NCBI GenBank assembly: GCA_964016885.1
Contig: OZ024743.1
Location: 295,430,001 to 295,494,000 of the forward strand
DNA: 64,000 nt
Source of the DNA: Eledone cirrhosa
Lineage: Eukaryota
Direction: 5' to 3'
A program made the translations under genes and the position numbers. Shown here in pieces: positions 39,106-52,200 of this stretch; positions within the stretch are counted from its first letter, which is position 1; each line of letters opens with the position of its first letter. The notes beneath the pieces were generated by a model that saw only the letters and a program-made list of their open reading frames with translations, did no database searches and was not told the DNA's origin.

Positions 39106-42100
39106 CGGTAGCACTGCCAGGCCAGAGATTTCTGGAAGTTGTCCATAGGTCCCGGCCCGAAAGTTCTTCCGAAGAGATTGGCTAGTTGATTTTCGTCGAC
39201 GCCTAGAGTTTCCCCAATTACGTCGTCGCTCTTCCCCTCCACTAATCCTCTATAGAACGCCAATGTGGAGTTTCCACCGATCACATTGCCCAATTGGTCG
39301 AGGGCTGTGAGCGCCTGAAGACATTCCAGTCTCCAGGCGCTCCCTCTCGGTCTTCGCTTGACCCAGGACTGCAGCTCCGTCAAGGAAACGAGCTGGGGAA
39401 ATACGTGTCTAGCAAACGGCGACCACACCTGATCACCGTCGAGGAAGAGGTGGCGATGTCGTAGCCTGAGCGCGTGTCTGCGCATCATCAGCCACAGCAT
39501 TCCCAGCCCTCCACGTAGCGGGTGTTGACAGCAGATGGACCGCCTGACCATCGGAGCGCGTCCCTTCCACAAAAAGCGAAAGAGCAAACGCTCCAGCGCA
39601 GTCAGGCGGGGCTTAGGACAAGGTACGACGGTCAGGCGGTAGCAGATGACAGACGCGATGTACGCGTTAGCCACCTCCGCTTGACCTTTCAGGGATAGCT
39701 TCCTCTCGGCCCATTTCTGGGTGAGAGAAGCCACCCTGCTCGTCACCTCGTCCCAGTTTTTGTCCGTCTGGAGGTCTGGATCGAACCAGACCCCTAGCAA
39801 TTTAACCGGTCCGTCCGTCCAGCATCCGACGACGCTGTTGGACGGCATGGACCTGCCTCTCCAGGTGCTGAGCTGCAGGCCCACTGACTTTTCCTGGTTG
39901 ATCATTGCTCCTGTCACCGCTTCGTATTCTCTTAGTGTAGTGCCGAACGCCTCGATGTGTTTGGCGTTCGACACCACTACGGTCACATCGTCCGCATATG
40001 CTGACACGGATATTCCGCATCCTAGTTCGCGCGGGACCCGCCTCGACGTCTCCAGTTTGTGTAGTAATGGCTCGAAAGTCAATACGTACAAGAGGGACGA
40101 GAGGGGACATCCTTGGCGGACCGAGCGCACGATGTTGAACGGTTCCGAAAGGTGACCGTTCACTCTCACCACAGAGCAGATGTCGCTGTGCATGGCAGCG
40201 ATCCAGCCTCTGAAGACGGGCCCAAAGCCAGCCGCCCTCAGGACTGCCGCTAGGTAACGATGGTCGACCCTATCGAAAGCTTTCGACTGATCTAAATTGA
40301 TCAAGGACCCACCCGTGCCAGGTTCCCTAGCTACCCTCTCTACGATGTATCGCATGAGGTGGAGGTTGTGGTGGATGGATCTGTCGGAAATGGCGCATGT
40401 CTGCGCCTCTCCCACCAGACCACCAACGACAAGCGCCAACCTCTTTGCTAGCACCTTGGCCAAAATCTTGAACTCTGTGTTTAGCAGAGTTATGGGCCTA
40501 AAATTATCTATGTTATTCTACTTGTTCGGATCCTTTCTCAGCAGCGCCACAGCTCCTCGGCTCACAGAGCTGGGAATTCTCCCGTTCTATTGCCAGTTGC
40601 AGTAGACGTCCGCAAAGAGGCCTCCGAACAAATCTAGCATGTGTACGTAAAGTTCATAGGGCAAACCATCCAAACCGGGCCATTTACACCTTGTGCAGCT
40701 TGTCATTCCCTCCCGTACTTCAGCGGCTGTTATCGGCTTTTCGCAACACTCCACCTCATTGGCCGAGAGCCGCGGCAGTCCGTCGAGGTAGACACTAAAG
40801 TCCATCCCTCGATCCGGCCCGCTGCTGCACCCGAACAGCTGAGCGAAGTGTCGCTGAAAAGCTTCACACATTTGCCCGGGATCGAGTAGCATGCGCCCGT
40901 CGTGGTCCACCAGAGACCGGTTCGTGGCTTTGTTGCTACGACGCGCCTCCGCCACTCGGGCCCATTGAACGGCGTTCGTCCCCTCGTGTCTTAGAGCACG
41001 CACCCTAGCTATGCAACGCAGCCTTCGTGCTTTGCATTGAAGAATTGGTCAAGGGCCAACTTCGCCGTAAGTACGTCGGTGGCGATGCCTTTACTAAGCG
41101 CCTCGTCTAATTTTCTAACTAATTCTCCCTCTGCTCTATTTTTCTCTATTGCTAAAGCCTTACTAAATCTAATGTCTCTTTTCAGAGCAAACCACCACTT
41201 GTTGTTGACGATGGCCCCCGTCAACGCCCGCTTAACTAGTTCGCTAATCCGGTCTCTGTAGGCCTTGCTCGCTGGTAAGGACGCGTTTAGCCTTCAGTAG
41301 CCGGGTCCTCGTCTATGAAGCCTATCTAAGTCAAGCACACAGATCACGAATTTGTGGTCCGTGTAGCTGACTAGCTTGAATTGTGGACAGCCTATGCTAG
41401 ACCTATTTATTTCCCTACAAAATACTCTATCTAGATATGATCTGGATGACCCTATGCGAGTTGGCAAATTCGGGAAATCCAATCGGTACCTGTCAGACAG
41501 TTCAAAACGCCTGAGCAGGTTGGTGAGGCTCTTTCACCCTCCTCCCCTATTCCCTAATCCCACACAGTCCCAGCGTGCATCTAAGATCCCATTCCAGTCG
41601 CCCACTAACACTAAAGAGCGGCACGTTCCAAGAAAGGTCTCCAGACGCCGGAAGAAATCAGGCCGCCCTGCACTTGTCGGGGCATAGACGGCCACTAGCC
41701 TGAAAGCTTTGCCGTCTCTGCTGGCGACGTAAGCACCACCAACTTACCTTCTGGCTCAGGAAGATGGACTGTATGGCGAGATCCAAACCTCTCCGAAAAA
41801 GCACAGCAATTCCATCCCCCGATCCCGGACGGCTGGGAGATGCGTACACATCGTAGCCGCCGAAGATCGGTGCGAAGGCTCGTGCTTCGGAGATTCTGGT
41901 ATCGCTGATGGCCACTACATCTATGTTTAGTGACCTGAGGTCGTTGAGCAGGTGGCCCTGCTTCCACGACGACCCCAAGCCACGCGCATTTATGCTGCCT
42001 ATTCTGAGTGAGGTCATGTTGAAATGGGGTGGAAAAGATGGGAAAGACCACTTACCTTACTTCTCGTAGAGGAAGGACGGTTTCTCCATCCTTTTCACTG

Positions 42101-44207
42101 CTTGTGGCCTCCTCCGGAAGGATGTCCTTATAAATCCTCCTGGAGAGTGCTTGTCGGAAGTCTCCGATGTCTTTGGGGAATTTTTGGTTTTAGTGTCATA
42201 TACGTTTTCTGTGTGATGCGAGTGATTTGTATGTGTGGGGAGGTGTGAACTTTTGGGTTGTTGTGTAGTCTTTTTCTGTGATGCTGGTGTTGTGTTGTAT
42301 GTAGTGTAATAATTGGTTGTTGTTCAAATTTAATGCTGTGTAGTGTGTATCGTTTTGGCTGTTTTGTTTTGTTTGCGTTTGTTGTGGGTTTGTTTCTGTT
42401 TCGCTGTTGGTGACTTTTGTGCTGTTGGTGATGGTGGTGTTGTGGTTAATGATGGTGATGGGGTTGGTGATGCTGGTGTGGATGGTGGCATATATGTCCT
42501 AACTTTTTTGTTTGATAGTTTGTTTGTTTCCCTCTGTATTTTGTTTTTGGAGGGGGAAGGAAGAGAATTTCTTCTTTTTTGGTTTCTTTTTTTCTTTTTT
42601 CCTGATACCGTTTCCCACTCCTCGTCGTCACAATCTGTCTCCAGTTGTGATAGGCCGGGGAGTGGAAAATCCTCCACAGGCGTGAGTTTTGGTTGTGGCG
42701 TGGTGGATGGTGTAGGCGCTGCTGCTAGTTCTGGCGCGTTGGGTGGTGGTGGTGTTGGTTTTACTGTTGTAGGGGTTGTTGCTGTTACAGTTGCTTCTAT
42801 TGTTGCTGCTACAGTTGTTGCTGCCATCTCTGGTGCTGGTGGTGTTGATGGTTGAATCACTGGGGTGGGTAGGAGAGGTGGCCTCAACCTTTTAGCCTGA
42901 GGGCAGAAAGCCCTTAGGTGGGTTGCTTCACCACAAACGACACACCTACGCCTTCTGCCCTCAACAATTGCGGTGAGGTGGCTGCCGTCAGTGAGGTCTA
43001 TTACCTCTGGGATCACCTCAATCCTCTTTTGGTCCGCTTGGATCAGGAGCTCCATCCCAGATCCGGACCAGTTCTCCTGCTTTTCTTTCGCTATTTCGAT
43101 TATCTTGGTGTTGGCTTCGATGCCGGCGTGGACGGCAGCTATTAGCCAGGGAATTTCGATGGCCGGTGGAACGTGGGTGACCCTCGCCTTTACGAGTCTC
43201 TGGCCACAATAGCTTGGGACGAGTGTGAAGTCGTCACTTTTTAATGGGGCCATGGAGTGTTCTCTAGCTTCCTATGGTGTTTCAAAGAACACGTCCAGGT
43301 TCTATACTTCTGCCCACGTCTGATGTGGGGGGTTTTGCCCACACATGTTCCAAAGCTTTGGGGATTTGGGGCTCGGATGCCCGTTCCACTCGGCGCGATT
43401 TTATATTAATTGTTCGATAAGACACGGTGCATAGGCGCTGTTGCTCCATTTTATTAGGTGTGGGGGTGGGTGATGGAGGGGGGTGAGGCTGACCCTGTAC
43501 CCATCTTTCTTTACCATTGTTTTGGCTTCTTCTAATTCCTCCTGAGATACCTGAAATGCTTCGTACTGTTTTGCTACTCTGGCAAAACTCAGGGTGGTTT
43601 TCTTAATGTCATTGTTGCTGTTGTTGTTATCGTTATTTTTGTTATTATTAATTTTAGTTTCAGTTGTGGTGGTGGTGGCGTCAGTGGTGTTCGGTGTGGA
43701 AGAGTTCATTTTGGTTGAATTCATTTCGATATCAGGAGTTAATTTTTTTTTCTTTTGTTTCTGTTGTGGCGGTGGTGGTGGGGGTGGTGGTTGTCGTGGT
43801 GGTGGTGGTGGTGGTGGCGGCTTTAACACCTGCAATCATTGGTAATGGCGGGAAATGAATGTCTGCCTGAGACAAATTTAAAATAATGCTACTGCTTATA
43901 TTATTAGTGTTGGCAAACGTAGTAATATTTACAATGGTCGTGTCGGTGTGAGGTGTTAGTTTGTGAGAAATGATTGACTCTGAGTCAGCCATGATGTTTC
44001 AAAAAAACATTTTTGTTTGATAATTATAAAAGTTTAAATTTTCGGCTCAAGGCCCCAATCTTTTTGGGTGTCCTTTTCAGATAACAATGTATGTGCACTT
44101 ATATACAGTTAACAATAAAATGTTCCATGAATGGCAATTTTGAACAACTGAAAATAACAGACCTTTGCGGAGCTCACGATGATACGATTTACTACGTAGG
44201 TCGCCAT
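39106..44207 (-). mobile_element. L1/Tx1-type LINE, copy 2 (related subfamily, 3' end missing)
   Basis: ORF2 pieces closely similar to copy 1 (RT ORF 39021-40463). ORF1 strongly diverged but retains LVPSYCGQ and the CVVCGEATHLRAFC knuckle. The 5' end abuts (AAT)n at 44208-44263. Confidence 0.92.
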
Positions 44208-44219
44208 TAATACTAATAC

Positions 44220-44263
<44 letters not shown>

Positions 44264-47200
44264 GGGAAGAAGACGCACGTGGTGGATAGAAGGTCATGAA
44301 ATCGCTCCCGTAAGTTTTTGATTTTTAACATATTTAAACCAATTGTGAAATAACAATTCTTAGTACAAATGATTCACAAAGCACCAGACTCAAGTCGGAG
44401 AAAAATTCGGATCCATAATATATTGTTATTTCGCTCAAATATTCAATTTTATATTATACATTTTATATTCAAAACAGAAAATGGTTATAAATGGAAGAAA
44501 ACCCCCTCTGTCTACACTATATAGAACAGCCAAATAACAGCAATTTCACCAACACCAGAAACTAGATACACCACCTACCCCATCACCCCTCTGTGTACAC
44601 TAAATACAACAGCCAGATAACGGCAATTTCACCACCACCAATACCAGCATAATAATAATAATTACTATTATTATTGTCTCAAGTTTTAACAAAATGTTTA
44701 ATTCCAATATTAAACATACGCGACAAACGCATAGATACACAGATCAAACACAACTACAGTCTATACAACAAAACTCAGGAACGACAACGCCATCACTGTA
44801 GTCACCGCCGCCACCACTCCATCCATCATTGCTTCCACTATCCCATCCCATCACCGCCGCCCCCACTCCTTCATTGCTACCACCGCTATTCCCCCATTAC
44901 CTTCTGTTAACTTACGAAAGGGGAAGGTGGCGGTATCACTAGACAATATTAATAAACAAAATTAATATTTAATTTGGGCTCAGGAATGTTGGAGTCAAAA
45001 AGGAGGAAAATGGCAAAATGACTAAATAGCTAAATAGCTAAAGATAATTTCACCACCAACATCACCACCACTACCACGCTAAAAACTCTGGTCAAGTTGC
45101 CTCAACCTCTATTTCTACTTCAACTTCAACACCATCACTACAGTACTACCATCACATCACCACCATCACTGCCTCATTATCGCTCCCGCCACTATTCTCT
45201 CCCACTACCTCCTGCTAGGTACTACTAGCACAACAACACCACCACCACCACCACCATCACTGCCTCATTATCACTACCGCCGCTATTCTCTCCCACTACC
45301 TCCTGCTACATCGTAGTGTCCCCACTAAAAGAGGAAGGCATCAAAATATATAAATAGACTTAATTGATGACCCGGTCAAAATCAAAAAACCAAAATCAAA
45401 ATCAAAGCAGCACAGCAATAACGAAAAACGTAAAGAAAAGAAAAATGAAGAGAAAAACAAACAGACGGGCAGAGAAGGGAAGGGAAAAACTAAGTCAGAC
45501 ATTCAAACATTACATTACAATGAAACTTATGCTTATTCATTTTTTTTTTTGGGGGGGGGAGGGTTGCCTGTTTGTTTGTTTGTTTATTTATGTTCGTCTA
45601 CAGCGTGATAATGCCACACAAAAATCACCGGGAGTGACGAAATCAGCGATGGTTATGTAACCATACATTCGCCAATCCTCGATAAGAGTGTTTAAATGTC
45701 GAACCTAAACAGTTCGAATAACGGTGAAATGGAGACTTGAATGTCATGTGACAGACTATCAGCCTACAGGTGCTCCCTGGCTCAGCAGCAGGGATCTGGC
45801 TGTCAACCAAATACTGCTGGTGTCGGAGGAAGACGAAGAAGGAAAGGGACCAGAACCAACTGGACGAAAGAATTGAATAGAACTGTTATGCAATGTTACC
45901 TGAAGAGTAACCCCAAGGAGAAATTCTATAAGAAACGGATGCATAACATCTGGAACGAGATTGGTCTATTTAAATTAGATGAACAAAAATTGGCCGGGCA
46001 GGCTCGGGTAATAAGAACTAATGGGTGGATAAGCGAGCTGGAACTGGAGGAACTGAGCAGAGAGATTAGCTTGGAAATGGAGAATGGAGTATGCCAGGCA
46101 AACGAGCCAGTGGGAAATGAAGGTGAAGAGGTCGAGAGAACGGAGGAACCACCCGAAGCAGACAATGATCTGAATGCTGAAATAAATAATACCTGGAACA
46201 GAGATACGGCCACTGAGGAGATGAATGCTGACGGGCTAGGACAAGATTCGGTTGACATCCTAAATTTAGTAGTAGATGAATTGAACAATGATAGTGGGAG
46301 ACCTATGAACCTAAGATTTGTAGACAGGAAAAAGTTAAAAGAAACAACAGCTAAGGTAAACAAAGTCATCCCATACCTTGAGGCGAGGAGCCTTCACCAG
46401 TGCAACAATATCCTCAAAGCAACAGCAAATACGGTGAGGAAACTACTTGGTATAAAAGCGAGAGGAAACAACAGACAAGAAAGAGCAGAGCCGTGGTGGA
46501 AGAAGCGACTGAGTGGTCAAATAAGGGAAATGAGAAATGACATTGGAAAGCTTGAGTCCCTACTGAATGGGACACTAAAAAACATAGACACTAAAAATAG
46601 ACTGGAAATAAAGTACAAAACTAGGAGGAAAAAGCTAAATATTATCATAGAGGAACTGAAGCAACGCATTGTAGCAAAGAGTGCAAAAATCAGGCGATAC
46701 GAAAACAGAGTCAGTCAGTATAGACAGAACCGCATGTTTAACAACAACCAGAAGATGCTGTTTGGACAGCTTGAGGGGAAAGAAAGAGGCAAAGACTTGA
46801 TCCCTGAGGCGGAACAAACAAGACATTCTGGAGAGGAATATGGGAGCAGGATGCTAAACATAATGACCAGGCAGTGTGGATCGAGATAGTACAAAAGGAG
46901 ATTAGTGAACAGGCACAACAACAAACTGATTTGAGTATCACAGTTGAAACTCTTAAGGGGCAGGCCTAAAAACTAGCCAACTGGAGATCACCAAGGCCCA
47001 GATGGTGTGCAGGGGTATTGGATTAAACATTTAACATCCCTCCACCCGAAGCTGACGGCCATGTTCAATGACTGCTTGTTGTCGGGTGAGGTGCCAGAGT
47101 GGTTGACAAAAGGTACCACAGTTCTGATAATGAAAGACCGAATCAAGGGTAATGATGTTACCAACTATAGACCTATCACATGTCTGTCCGTAATGTGGAA

Positions 47201-49192
47201 ACTGTTGACGAGCATTGTGTCTGAGGAAATCTACCATCACCTCCACACAAACAACTTGTTACCGGACGAACAGAAAGGATGCCGAAAGAAGTCACGTGGT
47301 ACAAAGGACCAGTTACTTATTGATAAGATGGTAATGAGGAATTGCAAGAGGAGACACACTGGTCTTGCCATGCGATGGATAGACTACAAAAAGGCATTTG
47401 ACATGGTGCCTCATTCTTGGATCACCAAAAGCCTGGAGATCTTCAAGGTGGCAGATAACATCAGACAGTTGTTGGGCAAAAGTATGAAGTCCTGGGAAAC
47501 AGACTTAACATCAACTGGAGAATCCTTGGGAAGCGTGAAGATCAAGAGAGGTATCTTCCAGGGAGAAAATCTGTCCCCTCTGTTGTTTGTCCTTGTCCTG
47601 ATGCCCCTGACCAGTGTACTGCGAAACGTGAGAGCAAGATACAGGTTGGGAAAGGGAGGGCTTACCATCAATCACCTCCTCTTCATGGACGATCTTAAGC
47701 TCTTCGGGAAGAGTGAGAAGGAGTTGGATGTGCTTGTTGACACTGGCCGTATTTTCAGCAATGATATATGTATGCAATTTCGTATTATTAAGTGTGGATT
47801 CATTGTGATGAGGAGGGGTAAGTTGAGCAGAAGTAACGGAATCCAGATACCAACAGGTGAGATTATAAAGGAAATTGACTCTGAGGAAGGATACAAGTAT
47901 TTTGGCGTTCTGGAGGCTGATGACATCAAGAACAAAAAAATGAAGGAATTGATAAGAACTGAATACCTTCGGAGAGTAAGGAGCGTATTGAAGTCACATC
48001 TGAACAGTAGGAATGCCATAAGTGCAGTAAATTCCCGAGCTGTGTCTATTATTAGGTACAGTGCGGGAATTCTGAGATGGAATGTTGCTGAACAAAAAGA
48101 AATGGATAGGAAGACTAGGAAGCTATTGACTATCTACAACATGTTCCACAAGAGGAGTGATGTCGATAGACTCTACTTAAGGAGATCTGAGGGTGGAAGA
48201 GGTCTTATCAGCATAGAGGACTGTTTTCAGATGGAGAAAAAACAACCTACACAAATACGTGACTGATAGTAAGGAGCCAATGCTCAGAACTGTACTGAAG
48301 GAGGGGGCAATGGGCCAGGAGATGTCCAAGGAGGAAATAACATCAAGGAGAAAGAGCAACCTGCAGGAAAAATCCCTTCATAGTACCTTCTTTTAGAAAA
48401 CTGAATTTAGAGATCTACAGACATGGAACTGGTTGAAAAGAGGAGACCTTAAAAAGGGTACAGAAGGAATGTTAATCGCTGCGCAAGAGCAGACCCTCAA
48501 AACGAAGTGGTTGAAACACCATATTTACAAGGAGGAGGCTAGCCCACTGTGCAGGATCTGTGGAGAGAGAGAGGAGACTGTGGCTCACATTGTATCCGAG
48601 TGTAAACACCTAGCCCAGACTCACTATAAGGGCTGGAGACATGATGTGATGGGCAGGGTGATCCACTGGCACCTATGCAAAGTAAACAATTTACCACATT
48701 CTGAGAAGTGGTATGAGCATAAGCCAGAGGCGGTGATAGAAAACGATCAGGTGAAGGTGCTGTGGGATTTTAGGATACAGACGGACAAGAAACTGGAACA
48801 CAATAGACCTGACCTGGTGGTTGTGGACAAAGAAAAAAGATCGTGCCTGATTGTGGATGTGGCCTGCCCATTCGACACGAGAGTGCAAGAGAAGGAGAGG
48901 GAGAAAATTAACCGATACCAGGACTTAAAGTGGGAGGAAAAAGGATTTGGAACTGCCATGAAGTCAAAGTGATCCCGATTGTCATAGGCGCACTAGGGAG
49001 TAGCTCAAAAAGTTCCCAGGGATGGTTAAAGAAAATTGGCCCCTTCACGCTTTTTGGAACGCTTCAAAAGGCATACTTGCTGGGAACAGCAAGAACCCTC
49101 CGATACGTCCTGAATATATGAGGCTGCAGGTGATATTGATATTCATTTCAACAAACTTTCCAGTTAACTAACATCAATGACTGAGACTCAAA

Positions 49193-49193
<1 letters not shown>
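44264..49193 (+). mobile_element. R4/Dong-like RLE non-LTR retrotransposon, copy A (disrupted ORF ~45696-49121)
   Basis: EQKLAGQARVIR N-terminal motif, NYRPITCL, GIFQG, FMDDLKL, CRIC..ETVAHIVSEC, RHD and RPD..D nuclease motifs. Several stops and frameshifts. (AAT)n on both sides. Confidence 0.92.
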
Positions 49194-49245
<52 letters not shown>

Positions 49246-52200
49246 GGGAAGAAGACGCACGAGGTGACGGAGGTCATGAAATCGCTCCCGTAAGTTTTGA
49301 ATTTTTAACATATTTAAATCATTTGTGAAATAACAACTCTTAGTACAAATGCTACGTAAAGCACCCGGCTTGAGCCCCCAAAAATTCGGACCCAAAATAT
49401 ATTGTTATAAGGCTCAAATATTCAACTTTGTATTGTACACTGTATATCCAAAAAAGAAAATGGCTATAAATGGAAGAAGAACCCCCCCCCCCACTCCTCT
49501 ACTCTGTCTACACTATATAGAAAAAACTCACCAACACCAGAAACTAGATACACCACCCACCTCATCACCTGTGTACACTAAACACAACAGCCAGATAACG
49601 GCAATTTCACCACCACCGCTCACTACTGCCATCATTACCACCATTATCCCATCACCGCCGCCACCACCCCTTCACTCCTTCACTGCTACCACCGCTACAG
49701 CACCATCACTACAGTAATACGGTCACATCACCGCCACCGCTGCCTCGGTATCGACATCATCACCACCACTGTCTCAGTATCGCTACCGCCGCCAGTCACC
49801 CACATCTCCCGGCTGGCTGCTGCCACCACATTATAGAATTCCTACTACTAAAAAAGAGGAAGGCATCAAAATATATAGATAGACTCAAAAGAAAAAAGAA
49901 AAAACAAACAACAAAACCAAAGCAGCACAGCAACAACAGCAAAAGACGAGAAAAACAAACAGAGAAAAACAAAAACAAAAAAAAACAAAAAAAAAAACGT
50001 AAAGAAAATAAGAATGGAGAGAGAAGCAGGCGGACGGACAGAGAAGAGGGGGGAAAAACTAAAACTAAAAAAACAAAAACTAAGTCAGACATTCGAACAC
50101 TACATTACAATGAAACTTATGCTTATTCATTTTTGGGGCCCTTTCTGCCTGTGTGTTTGTTTGTTTATGTGTGTTCGTATACAGCGTGGTGATAATGCCA
50201 CACAAGGGCCAAGTGGAACGGCGAATCCACAGATGGCTATGTAACCATACATTCGCCAATCCTCGATAAGAGTGTTTAAATATCGAACATAAACAGTTCG
50301 AATAACGGTGAAATGGAGACTAGAACGTCATGTGACAGACTCTCACCCAACAGGTGCCCCCTGGCTCAGCAGCAGGAACCTGACTGTCAACCAAATACTG
50401 CTGATGTTGGAGGAAGAAGAAGAAGGAAAGGGGCCAGAACCAACTGGACGAAAGAATTGAATAGAACTGTTATGCAATGTTACCTGAAAAGTAACCCCAA
50501 GGAGAGGGGCTACAGGAGACGGATGCATAACATCTGGAACGAGATTGGTTTATTTAAATTAGATGAACAAAAATTGGCCGGGCAGGCTCGGGTAATAAGA
50601 ACTAATGGGTGGATAAGCGAGCTGGAACTGGAGGAACTGAGCAGAGAGAATGGCTTGGAGGTGGCGGGTGTAGTATGCCAGACAAGCGAGCCAGTGGGAA
50701 ATGAAGGTGAAGAGGTCCTGAGAACGGAGGAACCACCCGAAGCAGACAATGATCTGAATACTGAGATAAATAATACCTGGAACAGAGATACGGCCACTGA
50801 GGAGATGAATGCTGACGGGCTAGGACAAGATTCGGTTGACATCCTAAATTTAGTAGTAGATGAATTGAACAATGATAGTGGGAGACCTATGAACCTAAGA
50901 TTTGTAGACAGGAAAAAGTTAAAAGAAACAACAACTAAGGTAAACAAAGTCATCCCATACCTTGAGGCGAGGAGCCTTCACCAGTGCAACAATATCCTCA
51001 AAGCAACAGCAAATACGGTGAGGAAACTACTTGGTATAAAAGCGAGAGGAAACAACAGACAAGAAAGAGCAGAGCCGTGGTGGAAGAAACGACTGAGTGG
51101 TCAAATCGGGGAAATGAGAAATGACATAGGAAAGCTTGAGTCCCTACTGAATGGGACACTAAAAAACATAGGCACTAAAAATAGACTGGAAATAAAGTAC
51201 AAAACTAGGAGGAAAAAGCTAAATAGTATCATAGAGGAACTGAAGCAACGCATTGTAGCAAAGAGTGCAAAATTCAGGCGATACGAGAACAGAGTCAGTC
51301 AGTATAAACAGAACCGCATGTTCGACAACAACTAGAAGATGCTGTTTGGACAGCTTGAGGGGAAAGAAAGAGGCAACGACTTGATCCCTGAGGAGGAGCA
51401 AACTAAAACATTCTGGAGAGGAATATGGGAGCAGGATCTTAGACATAATGTCCAGGCAGGGTGGATTGAGACAGTACAGAGGGAGATCGGTGAGCAGGCA
51501 CAACAACAAACTGATTTGAGTATCACAGTTGAAACTCTTAAGGGGCAGGCCAAAAAACTAACCAACTGGAAATCACCAGGCCCAGATGGTGTGCAGGGGT
51601 ATTGGATTAAACATTTAACATCCCTCCACCCGAAGCTGACGGCCATGTTCAATGACTGCTTGGTGTCGGGTGAGGTGCCAGAGTGGTTGACAAAAGGTAC
51701 CACAGTTCTGATAATGAAAGACCGAATCAAGGGTAATGATGTTACCAACTATAGACCTATCACATGTCTGTCCGTAATGTGGAAACTGTTGACGAGCATT
51801 GTGTCTGAGGAAATCTACCATCACCTCCACACAAACAACTTGTTACCGGACGAACAGAAAGGATGCCGAAAGAAGTCACGTGGTACAAAGGACCAGTTAC
51901 TTATTGATAAGATGGTAATGGGGAATTGCAGGAGGAGACACACTGATCTTGCCATGGGATGGATAGACTACAGAAAGGCATTTGACATGGTGCCTCATTC
52001 TTGGATCACCAAAAGCCTGGAGATCTTCAGGGTGGCAGATAACATCAGACAGTTGCTGGGCAGGAGTATGGGGTCCTGGGAGACAGAGTTGACATCAACT
52101 GGAGTATCCTTGGGAAGCGTGAAGATCAAGAGAGGTATCTTCCAGGGAGATAGCCTGTCCCCTCTGTTGTTTGTCCTTGCCCTGATGCCCTTGACCATTA

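Noticed and set aside
50220-50275. HDV-like ribozyme in the Dong-like leader
   Set aside because: A TCCTCG loop-like motif is present, but the nested pseudoknot pairings could not be assembled by eye.
51333-51335. Programmed readthrough in Dong-like copy B
   Set aside because: Copy A has CAG here, so this is an ordinary nonsense mutation.
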